A stretch of DNA of 64,000 bases from Octopus vulgaris (taxonomy: Eukaryota): the NCBI GenBank assembly GCA_951406725.2, contig OX597819.1, forward strand, positions 86,242,001 to 86,306,000, given 5' to 3'. Every line of letters begins with the position of its first letter. Within the stretch, counting starts at the first letter, position 1. The translations under genes were made by a program, and so were the position numbers. Of the stretch, positions 26,366-39,023 are shown piece by piece. A model generated the notes under the pieces. It searched no databases and was not told the DNA's origin. It saw only the letters and a program-made list of their open reading frames with translations.

Positions 26366-28981
26366 GATGTTGTTTTAAAAAAGTGATGTTCGTGATTGTT
26401 TTTCGCTAGACAACTAGACAAGCAGTTTTAACTAACCACATATCACGCGCAACCAAACGAGAACTTTTCAATTCTGTACCCTTTCATAAATCTTAGAAGT
26501 GATGTTTAGTTTCTTTGACTCGGCAAAAGTCTTATCGGCTGAGACAACACGGTATATTATTTGCTTTTTATATCCGTAGATATAAAGAAAATCTGAAATC
26601 GGTTAGATGAAATTATATTCTATAAACGTGTAATTTAAGGGAAGATGGAAAAATGGAATCTGTTATGTTTTTTAATGCATTAGTGATGCAAATGAACTGA
26701 AGAATCTACAAAAATCAAAAACTGACTGATGGATTTGGTTGGCCAGAAGATTACCTTTTTACTCTACAAAGAAAACTCAGTCAACTTGATCGATATGCCA
26801 GAATTAGTAGTCAAATGTTTCTCAAATTAAAGTGTAACGTCTTGAAAAGTGACAGACACATGAATGTAAGTAGTCCTAGACATGCAATTCCTGAGAAAAG
26901 GCCAGAATGTTCAACATCAGGTCAGAGATAATGTGGATAATAACAACAACAACAACAACAATAAATACATCTCGACATCCCTAGACTTCAATATAATGTT
27001 CATATGCTTTCTTGAACGAACCACAAAGAAATATTCTATGGGTTGGAGAAATATCGAATTCCATGCTTTTACTCATTACAACACCGAGCATGATTAATCT
27101 TCAAATAAATAGATAAAAAAAATCAATAAGTTGAATGTCGTTGTCAAAGTATAATATCATCAAACAATAATTGATGCTTTATATGTGTGAAAACGTACAC
27201 CTATTCAAAGAGCATATTGCTTCTAATATTGATTTATTGGAACTTTTTCTTGGATAAGTATATGCTGTTACACTAAAGAAACATTTCATTTCGACAGCTT
27301 TTCTTTATATATCTCTTCTCAGACGAAAAACGTATATATTTCAATAAAGCTTGTCAATATACTTATCACGTTATATAAAAATTCTCTTGAATTAGAATTA
27401 AGAGGTTGAATTAAATATCGCATTTGAAAGTTAAAGGAAATTTTTCTATCTGGCTATATCACCCGGGTACGTTAACATTAAGGAGAAATGATATTGTTCA
27501 CATATTTCAATATTTTCAAAACTGATCGATTTCAAATTTTGGCACAGGGGCAGCAAGTCCGGGGGAGGGGTTAAGTTGATTTCATCAACCCTAGTTCTCG
27601 ACTGGTGCTTACTTTATCGATCCCTAAAAAATGTAAGTTAAAGTCGACCTCAGAATATGAACTTATAACGTAATGATGGATAAAATGCTGCTAAGTATTT
27701 TGAAGGCCGTGCTAACGATCCTGCCAGCTTGCCGCCTTGTTGTAGGAAGAATACTGATTCTAAATATGTTCTTTGTGGGCATTTTTTCAGGAAACTGAAA
27801 ATTATAATATAAACCATTGGCTTGAATAAGGATTTTTTCTGATAAAGAAAAGTTTATACTGACGCGAAAATTATAAGTTTTCAATTTAAACATAAGCCAC
27901 ATGGTAGAATATTAGTAACACTGTGCAAATAGATTTAGATAATGGCACAAAATAAACCCGAAGGAATATTCTAGATAATTTTCGATATATTACTAAATTT
28001 ATTAAAGTTTGTAACTATCTACGAAATTGAAAAGAATAGCTGCAAGGTAACTTCGGTTATTTAATCTGCCACATGCATAATGACCAGAGTAAAGTAGAGA
28101 AAATCACTCAAATAATTTTCGAAATCATGTTTATATATTTCGTTATAGCTGTCCCTTTTGCGCCTACGTTACTTTCGTAAGCATATGGTTAAATAATAGA
28201 AGTCTTTGTCAAAATATAGGTATAGATACTATATCGATCACAATTGTAAATCTTCACCTACGAGGCATTTGCAATTCATTTTATCTCCCTGACAGTTTAT
28301 TCCATATTTATAATAAATCATTCCTTCTCTCATAACGCAAACCACAGTGCTGTTTCAATGCATTTTCAGAGTTCAGTCCATCTACTTGTAATGAATTACT
28401 AGCGAAGTGCGAAACGCAGAATTTTTCATATAGTAAATGTATCTAGGCACCTTACCCATGCTGTTGTATATTCTGTCAGAAAACGTATTGCACTAACTAA
28501 AACAAACACAATTCTTGCTTTAAGATATATGGGGTAAGTAAAATATTAAGCGCACTCTTGTTTATATAATTTATTGAAACGAAAGCAGAAGTTGAAATAT
28601 TGCATTGCTCTCCAAATTGTAGTAGACTTAAAAAGGTATGCATTGTTTCCTAAACTCCTTCTGTAACAGATATTACAAAAGAAACAATGAAAATATTTTG
28701 AGTTCCATTATTGATGTGAATATGTTAAGGAAATAGTTATGTCCTTTATGTTTGAAGTCTATGCGGTCATCTGACGAGAACAATTTCTTTCAGATGATGT
28801 AATGTTTTCATTAAGCAATTAAAGAGTTGCTTGAAACGGCCGTAATCAATTAACACCTGTACATCTTTGTTACTCATTTATATTTTATTCACTTAACTTG
28901 GAAGCTGCACTTCGAAAATGCTATAGAAATTATCTTTATGAAAAGTATATGTCTGAATTACCAAGGGCTGATATCTTCACT

Positions 28982-30153
28982 CAGGAGCCTTGTTTGTCTT
29001 TAAAATGTGAGCAGGACAAACCAACATTTGTTGATTCTTAAAAGGAGCATGTTAGTAATACTTATAGTGCCTTTCACGGACCCTATCATAAGTAAAATTT
29101 TATGCTACTTAAATTTTATATAATCAAATGAAGTTCAGATATTTAAAAAATAAGCTTAAAAAGAATTTATTATATCGAATAAACAAAAAATAAAAAATTA
29201 TAAAAATACAGAGTAAATTTATTGTCGTTCAGAACTTTTCAAATGTATTATATCTCATACCATTGCTATCAATAAACAATTTAGGAACTTTTTCCCAACT
29301 ACTCTTTTTCAAAACATCTCTATGAACATGACATAGTACAATGTGATTCAACCTTTCCTGGGTCATGGTCGATCGCAGCCAAGTCTCCGCAGAGCGCTAA
29401 AAGATCTTTCAGCTTCACAAGAACTAGTTGGAAACACTAAAAGTAGCCTGAGCAATCGCTTAACATTTGGAAACATGCGATGGACTGCTGGTTGTATTTC
29501 ACCGAATATTTTACGATTATCCTCGAGAGATGATCCACTATGATGATTTCTATAAAAAAGAATTTCGTTCGTTAAAGAAAATTCATCAAACTCGGGATAC
29601 TGATCACTTCAGCACAGAAATTTCCATTGAGTAAAATATTGTTCATTTTTTCATGACCTGCTAAATCTTGTGAAGAAAAGAATATTTCAAATTTGCTATT
29701 GTAGTAATCACTCCCTTCAAATAATGCACTATGTAATGATTCAAATCAGTGCAGTGCTGATATTTTAACGCATTTCCTTCCTGGTATCTTTTAGGTATTT
29801 TTTTGTTTCTTGGGTAGCTCCAAAGGAGAAATATCGAGTTGATAAATCATTTCTTTTTGTCTGCTGTATTGGACAGCTCCTGAACTTTTCTTCACTGCGT
29901 AGATTCTTTTAGCTCTTCCTGCACCAGTTTGACACTATGCAATATGCTACCTAGATTAACGGTGCTACTTTGAAAAGATTTGTTCAATCTCTCTAGGTTT
30001 AAAAAATGTATTATGCATATGTATGACTTAGCGGGATTTTCTTTGTTTTTTTAATTGAGAAAAAGTAGAGGGGAACAAAAGATGATTTGTCCCCTGTTCC
30101 TGAATAAGTGGCGGGGACTTGTCCCCAGGAACTCCCCTGAAACAAGGCCCTTG
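28982..30153 (-). mobile_element. Internally deleted hAT transposon with TIRs and 8-bp TSD
   Basis: TSD TCTTCACT at 28974-28981 and 30154-30161; TIRs caggagccttgttt / aaacaaggcccttg; minus strand gives MFPNVKRLLRLLLVFPTSSCEAERSFSALRRL..STMTQERLNHI (hAT dimerisation domain). Confidence 0.9.
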
Positions 30154-30352
30154 TCTTCACTTAGCTTGGTTGCGTTGTCTGCACATACGGCAGGAATATC
30201 AAGGACAAACACCCGAGTTTCGATATTCAATATTCAATTCATATTGTTGGAGTATGCGGATTATACCGACTTAGCAAGGTGCCTCAATTTAAGTACTTAA
30301 TTCAATGGAATCACACACGCACACACACATACATACACACACACACACACAC

Positions 30353-30392
<40 letters not shown>

Positions 30393-30540
30393 GTGCAGAC
30401 AGAAACAAAGCTAAAACTCAGGACATTCAATATGATCACAGCCCTTTAGCGAAAAACAGCATGTTATATAAAGGCTCTCTCATACGTGTGCACACACATA
30501 CTTACATGTGCGACCATGCGTGTGTACGTGTGTGTGTGTT

Positions 30541-30578
<38 letters not shown>

Positions 30579-30675
30579 TGTGTGCGCGCGCAGACCTGGT
30601 TGTGTCAATATGTATTTGTTATTTTATCGCAATTAGTTATGTTGAAAGCTGTAGGATACTGAAATGTTGTCCTAC

Positions 30676-30839
30676 CTCGTCTAGTCGATACCATTTATAT
30701 TGAACAGCTGGATTTCCCGTAGCAACGCATTCAAGAGACGTTGTTTCGAGACCTTCGAGAACAATGTAATTCGGAGATTCGATTGTCATGTTTGGTCCTC
30801 TCTTTATGTCCCAAGCATCTATTACACCGGCTCCAAAAT
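30676..30839 (-). CDS. Cont: Contactin-like exon 6, linker and first half of Ig1 (FGAG..KRGPNMT..SLECVATGNPAVQYKWYRLDE)
   Basis: catttcag| acceptor, GAG|GTAGGA donor; RGP and LECxAxGNPxxxYxW Ig I-set motif; phase 1->0. Confidence 0.9.
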
Positions 30840-31119
30840 CTGAAATGTAAATTTAGATTTTCATTGTTCTTAGACATTATCTGTCTGATTATATTGCTAG
30901 TTTCGTCTATTTTTGTCTCCTTGATATTTTGGCAAACACAAAACATGTTGACATAAATAAATTTGGGAGACTGAGCGATGTTGTAATTTTAGAATTGTTT
31001 ACGATATTCTAAGTTAGACGTTGATTTAAACGTACAAATTGTTTTACAGGTTTAAATTAACAATGCTATGCAAAAATAAAAGGAAGTACTTCACGCACAC
31101 AATCGAAAGAAACAGAGAG

Positions 31120-31594
31120 ACAGGTGTGGCTGTGTGGTCAGAAGTTAGCTTCCCAAACACATGGCCTCGGATTCAGTCCCACACTGCGTGGCACCATGCG
31201 CTAGTTGGGCTGACCAAAATATATTTGTTTGTGTGTGCCTTTGTGTCTGTGTTTGTCCCCTCATCACCGCTTGACGACCGGCGTTTGTGTGTGTATGTCC
31301 CCGTAAATTAGCGGTTCGGTAAAGAGACCGATAAAATAAGTATTAGTCTTTAGAAAATAAGTACTGGGTCGATTTGTTCGAATAAAAACTATTCAAGGCG
31401 ATGCTGCACCACGGCCGCCGTCAAATGACTGAAACAAATAAAAGAATACACATGTACATTGCTTCCCAACAACAACATGGTTCCAGGTTCAGTCCCACTG
31501 CGTGGCATCTTGGGCCAGTATCTTTTAATGTAGCTTCGATCTGACCAAAGCCTTGTGGGTGTATTAAGTAGATGGAAACTGAAAGACGTCTGTC

Positions 31595-31625
<31 letters not shown>

Positions 31626-31850
31626 CACATATATATATGTATGTATGTATTTGCGAATATTTATGTGTGTGTCTTTCTGTCTGTGTGTGTATCTCCCACC
31701 ACCGCTTGACAACCCGTGTTAGTGTGTTTATGGCCCCGTAACTTAAAGGTTTGGCAAAACAGATCGATAGAATGAGTACTAGGCTTTAAAATATCGTGGA
31801 GTTGATTTGTTCGAGTAAGACCCTTCAAATAACTGAAACAGATAATAGAT
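31120..31850 (+). mobile_element. Two adjacent diverged SINE copies with internal microsatellites
   Basis: Head and tail motifs of the 60053 family occur twice. Confidence 0.75.
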
Positions 31851-32098
31851 AACAGATATTTAATGTTATCCTCAAAGAGTTTGTGCGACAAAACTGGATA
31901 CTAACTGACATCCAAACATTTACGTCTGCCAATTTTTTTATAAGTCTTGGACTGACTGAAATCTGTATTAAGAAAACAGTTGCTCATAATGCCAGGTAGT
32001 GGGATTGAACACAGTACCTCATGAGTGGAAAGCCAACTTCATTACTACGTTCAAATAAGACACTGCAAACGCACATTTACTTATAGTGTATGACTTCC

Positions 32099-32101
<3 letters not shown>

Positions 32102-32135
<34 letters not shown>

Positions 32136-32158
32136 TATTATTATTATTATTATCATTG

Positions 32159-32240
<82 letters not shown>

Positions 32241-32257
32241 CATTATTATTATTATTC
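32102..32257. repeat. (TA)n-(ATT)n microsatellite, representative of dozens of (TA)n, (CA)n, (TACA)n and (CT)n tracts
   Basis: Direct reading; similar tracts at 5140-5260, 19727-19860, 20935-21066, 26175-26365, 39560-39640, 46797-46942, 52410-52572, 58770-58875, 59580-59660. Confidence 0.95.
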
Positions 32258-32777
32258 ATATATTTATTCATCTACTGCTAATCCTACATATCATTCTACT
32301 ACGGTAGTAGTTGAATAATATTTTTAAGGCCGCAATTTACTCACACGCAGCATTTTTGAGAGCTTGACGCTAAATCAGTTCTTAACTAAATTGAAAGCTG
32401 TTAACATTTTTGAAAAGGACTGGTCCCTAGCTACATTTTGGCATAGAAAAAAATTGAGAATTGATCCAGTAGAAAATATTTTACATAAAAATTTGTAGCA
32501 ACGTTATAGTAGAGTAAGTAACGCTACCTGTCAAGTTTAGAGTTGAATAACTTTTTTTTTAATTTTAAAAGCAAAATCTATTTATCTTAGCTTCAATGAT
32601 ACAAGAAAGCATGAAAAATTTTATTGTTTTGGTCCCATGCAACAAAATTTGTTTTGAGATAAAATGTCATTACCAGATTAATAAGTTGTCCTGAACTTTT
32701 CCAAATGTAATAACTTGTCCTGTAATTTTCTAGGTTTGTAATGCTAAAAATATTATTTCTCCTGCTCGCATTTTTCC

Positions 32778-32808
<31 letters not shown>

Positions 32809-32890
32809 GGTCCCGGGTTGAGTCGGGGTTAACCACAGTAAATAAGGTACTCAATGCATAGCAGAGTAAATTAATTTATTTTATAGAAGG

Positions 32891-32941
32891 AGCTTCTACA
32901 GGACTAGAACTGTTTCATTCAAATGAAATCATCAGGAAGCT
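32891..32941 (-). ncRNA. Type I hammerhead ribozyme, mirror copy on the minus strand
   Basis: Exact reverse complement of 32938-32988. Confidence 0.82.
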
Positions 32942-32988
32942 TCCTGATGATTTCATTTGAATGAAACAGTTCTAGTCCTGTAGAAGCT
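32938..32988 (+). ncRNA. Type I hammerhead ribozyme, intact core
   Basis: agcttc CTGATGA t-ttca-tt-tgaa-t GAAA cag ttctagtc ctg TA gaagct. Confidence 0.82.
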
Positions 32989-33039
32989 CCTTCTATAAAA
33001 TAAATAATATATATATATATATATATGTATGTATATATA

Positions 33040-33435
33040 ATAACTCTCTGAGCGAGGTATAAACCGTAGCTCCACGACATCTTGAAGTAAATTTGCCACC
33101 TAAATGTGACTAACGCCTAAGGGTTGATGCTACTGTAGTTTGTAGCCCCAGGAAGACATCTTCTCCGGCTGGCTATTGACACACTATCTGTGCTCTATCA
33201 GTATTTGCAAAGGGAAGTCATCGTTCCCATCTCCGCTTTTTCTTGATCAGTGACTTTTCGTCATTGAAAAAAGTATATATATATTTGCATTGAGAATCCT
33301 TTCCCATCGCCAACCGCTGGTTGTCACACGCTGATGATGGGGCAATACCCATAAACTCGGGTCCGTGTGTATTACGTCAGTCTGGAGATGGGAACGAAGA
33401 CTTCTCTTTACAAATACTGATAGGGCACAGGTAGT
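33040..33435 (+). mobile_element. PLE-like inverted-pLTR remnant in a (TA)n tract
   Basis: About 50-bp inverted repeat 33183-33234 / 33383-33435 with an HHR motif between the arms. Confidence 0.7.
33325..33369 (+). ncRNA. Type I hammerhead motif, degenerate (GAAA->TAAA)
   Basis: cacacg CTGATGA tggg-gcaata-ccca TAAA ctcggg TC cgtgtg. Confidence 0.7.
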
Positions 33436-33439
33436 ATAT

Positions 33440-34457
33440 ATATATAAAACTTAGATAAAACTTACATATGTTTCGACCAAAGATTGGTCCAGGCCATGTC
33501 TAACTTAATAGCACCACTTGATAGGATTATTTGAATCCTGTTTAAGTCAAGTTTTGTTTATGGTCCATTCAAGTAGTGAGTTTTTGTTGGGTGAGTTGTA
33601 TCCAATTATGGGTGTCTTATCTGGTATTCCTTGAAGGAATCTATCCAGACTCCGTTTAAAGTTGATGGGATCCTTTTCCTCTTTGATCTCTTTCGGGACA
33701 ATGTTAAATTGGGCAGGGTCTGTTGAGGAAAAGAAATTATGTTGCAGTGTACATGTATGCTGTGATCTTGAATTGGGCAGGGGACGTATGGCCCGTGGTC
33801 CCAGTCTTGGATGAACCTTGAAGCTAATGTTCAGGTCGTTTGGGCAAAGTTGGCGGTATATTCTCCACATCGTACAAACGACGCTGGAGAGAGTAGAGTT
33901 TCAAGGCTTTAAGACGGTCCCAATAATCGAGAGCAGCCATGCCTTCAATTCGTTTAGTGAGTGCCCTCTGGGGTGATTCAATCCTCGAGATGTTTTGTCT
34001 TGTGTGGGGAGACCACAGTGGGCATCAGTATTCGAGGTGTGGCTGTACAAAGGAGGAGAAAAGTGGTATGATGACACCTTGTTCTCTGGACCGGAAAGTT
34101 CTTAAGATCCAGGAACTCCTCCTACGAGCTATATCGACCTTCTTGTTGATGTGTGCACTCCAACTGAGATCGTCATCAACAATAACACCCAGGTCTCTGA
34201 TATTGTTAGAGGCTGTGAGCGGTTCCCCTGAAGGAAGAGAGTATGGCTGTTTTAGTGAGGAATTTCTTCCAAAATGCATCAGCTCAAATTTTCCCTCGTT
34301 CAGTTGTATTTTGTTTCTGTCTGCCCATTGACTCACAGCATATAGATCAGACTGGAGTTGAGTTCGATCTGCTTCTTCATTGACGATTTGCTGGAGCTTA
34401 GTGTCATCAGCAAATATTTTCACTTTGCAGTAATGTACGACACTGGAAAGGTCGCAT
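33440..34457 (-). mobile_element. CR1/L2-type LINE 3' fragment (RT C-terminus and 3' UTR)
   Basis: [38 protein letters not shown]..; FKRSLDRFLQGIPD tail. Confidence 0.9.
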
Positions 34458-34467
34458 ATATATATAT

Positions 34468-34536
34468 AACAACAACAGTAACAGCAATGAAAACCACAAC
34501 AATAAAGTACTTTTGTACGTTTCTTTAGACACTGCG

Positions 34537-34587
<51 letters not shown>

Positions 34588-34784
34588 TAAATATATATAT
34601 AAATACATATATATAAATATATATATGTAGATATATAAATATATATGTATATATATAAATAGATATATATATGTATACATATACATATATACTTATGTAT
34701 ATATATATAAATATATACATATATATATAAATATGTACATATATAAATACATAAATATATACATATATATATAAATACATATAA

Positions 34785-34843
<59 letters not shown>

Positions 34844-35132
34844 AATATATATATACATACACACACATATATATATATATAACGTTAGGTTGGCAAATAA
34901 TCTTTACTTTCTTTCTCTCTCCCTACACACACATATACCGCTATAACATTGGAAACATACAGCTCTTATATGGGATACAGTCTATTTGTATTTAATTAAA
35001 AAGTATTAATGGATGTTAGTCGTTTATCAATGTCTCTCCATTTTCTGTTTACTTTATATATATATATATATATGTATGTATGTCTTTAAATAAATATATA
35101 TCTATATATATGTATATCTTTAGATATATATG

Positions 35133-35212
<80 letters not shown>

Positions 35213-35261
35213 CATATATATCTAAAGATATACATATATATAGATATATATTTATTTAAAG

Positions 35262-35292
<31 letters not shown>

Positions 35293-35503
35293 AAGTAAAC
35301 AGAAAATGGAGAGACATTGATAAACGACTAACATCCATTAATACTTTTTAATTAAATACAAATAGACTGTATCCCATATAAGAGCTGTATGTTTCCAATG
35401 TTATAGCGGTATATGTGTGTGTAGGGAGAGAGAAAGAAAGTAAAGATTATTTGCCAACCTAACGTTATATATATATATATGTGTGTGTATGTATATATAT
35501 ATT

Positions 35504-35568
<65 letters not shown>

Positions 35569-35759
35569 TTATATGTATTTATATATATATGTATATATTT
35601 ATGTATTTATATATGTACATATTTATATATATATGTATATATTTATATATATATACATAAGTATATATGTATATGTATACATATATATATCTATTTATAT
35701 ATATACATATATATTTATATATCTACATATATATATTTATATATATGTATTTATATATA

Positions 35760-35816
<57 letters not shown>

Positions 35817-35885
35817 CGCAGTGTCTAAAGAAACGTACAAAAGTACTTTATTGTTGTGGTTTTCATTGCTGTTACTGTTGTTGTT
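34468..35885. repeat. About 1.4-kb inverted duplication (arms about 700 bp) centred in a (TA)n tract
   Basis: Unique segments 34468-34540 / 35815-35885 and 34880-35140 / 35205-35470 are reverse complements. Confidence 0.92.
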
Positions 35886-36407
35886 TAGCGCCAAATCACC
35901 CTTTACCGAATAGTTTCAAAACCATTACCAGTAATGACAATTTACATTTTTATGTATATATATCCAGGGCTCTATTGTTGAATGTTTCCTCCTTTGTAGG
36001 ATTTCTGCTATTTACAGTTAGTCGAGCTACAAAGTAAAACGTTTGTTCGTTGATGTATTATTTTTGAGGTCAACACTGACTATGCAGACTGACAATTAGA
36101 TTTTTTTCCTCCGATGTCATTCTCTAATGTATCGAGAACTACGTTATACTAACTTCTTTCTTCTTTTTTTATTTTAGTTTTAAACGGTGAAATTTTACTG
36201 CTGTTTCTAGAAGGTTGACCTAAAGGCACACTTATTGGTCGAAAAACTAGATTTATGAATGTCTGTGTAGTATGTTTCATCAAATTGCTTGTTTTATTTA
36301 TTTGACTATTTATGTTAAAGAATAACGTAAATTTACTGAAAGCTTTACATATACGAGAAGTTAAGGCGCCATGATATTCGTATATTTACTGAATGTATGT
36401 AGCGTCT

Positions 36408-37252
36408 GGTGGAGAAGTTTACCTATCTGGGCTCTACCGTCACCTACAACCTATCCCTTGACGCTGAGCTCAATATACGCATTGGCAAGGCAGCTGCTGC
36501 GATGGCCCAACTCTCCAAACGGGCTTGGGACAACAATAAGCTGACCAAGACCACAAAAATGAAGATCTACCAGGCATGTGTACTCAGCACTCTACTGTAT
36601 GGAAGCGAGACCTGGACGCTATACACACGCCAAGAGCGTCGCCTAAACATCTTTCACCTGCGCTGCCTCCGAAAAATCCTCCACATCAAATGGCAGAATC
36701 ATATCCCCAACAAAGATGTCCTCAGGCAAGCAGGAATACCAAGCATGTTTGCACTCCTCACACAAAGACGTATGAGATGGCTTGGGCATGTTAGCCGTGT
36801 GAAAGATGGCAGAATCCCCAAGGACATACTCTACGGAGAGCTTGCTAGGGGTACTAGGTCTGTCGGTAGACCGATCTTACGTTACAAGGATGTTTGCAAA
36901 AGGGATATGAAGGCCTGCAACATCAACATTAGCGGTTGGGAGGCAGCCGCCAGCAACCGTGGAGAATGGCGACGTACAGTAAAAGAGGGTATACAGAGGA
37001 GTGACAGAAAGAGAGAGGAGAAATGGAAAGAAAGGAAGAGACATAAACAAGAGACCATGCCACTACAACCAGCCAGGAACAGTCTTCGCTACATTTGCAG
37101 TACCTGCGAGAGGGAGTGTTTGTCCAAGATAGGACTACACAGCCACAGCAAGAAATGTAACAGGAAATAAAATATAACAGCCGGACTAGACCTAGAAAAA
37201 AAAAAAAAAAAAATGCGCAACTCCATTGTCTCCCGAGACAGAAAGGATGCCA
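36408..37252 (+). mobile_element. Young 5'-truncated RTE-clade LINE with 11-bp TSD
   Basis: Open 253-aa ORF (FTYLGS..LLYGSETW..LRKILHIKWQ..RWLGHV..CSTCERECLSKIGLHSH); TSD ATGTAGCGTCT at 36397-36407 and 37253-37263. Confidence 0.92.
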
Positions 37253-38915
37253 ATGTAGCGTCTAACATAGAGTTAAACCAGGGCACATTTCTCATTGATG
37301 TCGATTAAATGGTGTTGGAAAAGATTGGCGAATTTATCGCAACTACAGATAAAAAAATTAAATTTATTGCCTTACCCCAAAACGGTCTTTGTCGGCAAAT
37401 CTTTGAGAAAGATCATGACCATTCATTCTTCTATTCAAGCATGTAATATATACCACTGCATTTCCACCGTGTTTTGAAATTTTAAAAATATTAAAGTACG
37501 ATTTAAGGGAGATTTAGCTGCTATTTATGGAAATCAAAGAGGTTCTCGCAGATGTTTGTGCCCTTTTAGAATTATATGGAGTAAAAATAGAAAGATAATG
37601 TCCTCATTCTATTCAAAATGTTACTAACAATGTATTAAATCACAGTTTGGATGCAACAGATTCTATTTCGTGGTGTTGTAAAATATCTGAAGTTATTTCT
37701 TTCGGCTCTGCTCTAAATGTTCATTGCAATGAAATGTGTTTATTTTTCAATTACTATACGATCATCATCATTTTCCTAAATATAGCATGTTGCATTGTAT
37801 GCCTTGCTGCCAACATTTTCCTCGCTGTCAATTTTATTCTCCCTTGAGATATGACTTTTTAAAAATAAGGAAATTAGTTTCTCTCTCGCCGTCTTCTTTC
37901 CATTCGTCATTTTTTCAATCACTTTACCTGTCACCTCTTTTTCTATCATATCTAATTAATAGATTACATACAACATAGATTGACAGAAATGGGAGAGCGT
38001 TCGAGAAAATCCTTTACAGTATTGTGTCGCGATTCCTTACGTTCTGATTTCGAATCCTATCTTGCTAAGTGAATTACAACACTGAAAAACGGAAGCGAAA
38101 GAGAAAATTCTCAAATCCTCTTTCCATATGGTCATACATCAAGTGACCTCTTTTTATATTATCATTCACATTGTGATCAATTGCTTTTAAAAGAACGTGT
38201 TGGAAATTTATAGTCTTCGGTTTGAATAAAAATCTGCTTCCTTTGCTAAATAATAATTTCTAACTAGAAACATAATAATTTGAGTAACTTTTTAAATATG
38301 AATATAGTTATGAGAGTATTGATATTGATGTCCCATGTGGAAGAATCAGTGGTGTTTAATATTGTAGCTATAAAGTAAAATAAATATTCGGAAAAGAACG
38401 TAGTTAGAATGACAGTTTTAAGAAAGATTGATATTTAGATGATAAATACGAAATTGTTTCATCAATAAAGAAATAATTCGAAAATAAATGCAAAATATTT
38501 TCGAAAGCGTAAGAATAAAATGTTAATGCTGAAGTCGTTTGTTTGTAATATTATTGAAGATAGTTCTAATTTGATTTTCATAGTTTGGTCGGGTTAATGG
38601 TCATAAGGTGTTCAATTCACTCAATAAACTGCATCTCGTACTTTATCTGTTTACTGGAGTTTTCCTCAACTACTGTTAACAAATTAAAATGTAATTAAGT
38701 AAAAACAAAACAAAAAATAATTTTCTGGAATATCTCAATAAATGGCTCCAAAAATTTCCAATAATACGTTGCTAACCAAGATTTTGATCATTGTATGGCT
38801 TTAAGACTGTCTTTGGAGATTGACTCTGATTCACATTTTAATGCACAACGGGTTAAGGATTCTTATGATAACTTTCACACGAAAATTCCACTCTAAAATT
38901 GCATAAAGAACTTAC

Positions 38916-39023
38916 TGAAATCCCTGGTTCGTTGTTTAATGCGGTATACCTCCGATTTTGGAATTTTACAAATATATGAATGAGGTGTGACTTCTGTTGT
39001 AAGACTCCATCCAAATGATGATC
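38916..39023 (-). CDS. Cont: Contactin-like exon 5, end of CTLD (SSFGWSLTTEVTPHSYICKIPKSEVYRIKQRTRDF)
   Basis: tttcttttccag| acceptor, |GTAAGT donor; YICK CTLD end; phase 1->1. Confidence 0.9.

Larger units (their letters stand above)
32874..33005. repeat. Perfect 132-bp palindrome in a (TA)n insertion
   Basis: Centre AAG|CTT at 32939/32940; the arms are exact reverse complements. Confidence 0.95.

Noticed and set aside
28456-28480. 17-nt micro-exon candidate (ctgacag|aatatacaacagcatgg|gtaag) that could bridge phase 0 to phase 2 between exons 6 and 7
   Set aside because: Peptide fits the Ig fold worse than the GAG-acceptor model; cannot be excluded without RNA-seq
34407-36037. Long YIYIYI/ICIY ORFs (also at 19679, 20798, 26105, 32019, 39305, 52381, 63232)
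   Set aside because: Translations of (TA)n, (TACA)n and (ATT)n microsatellites; not proteins
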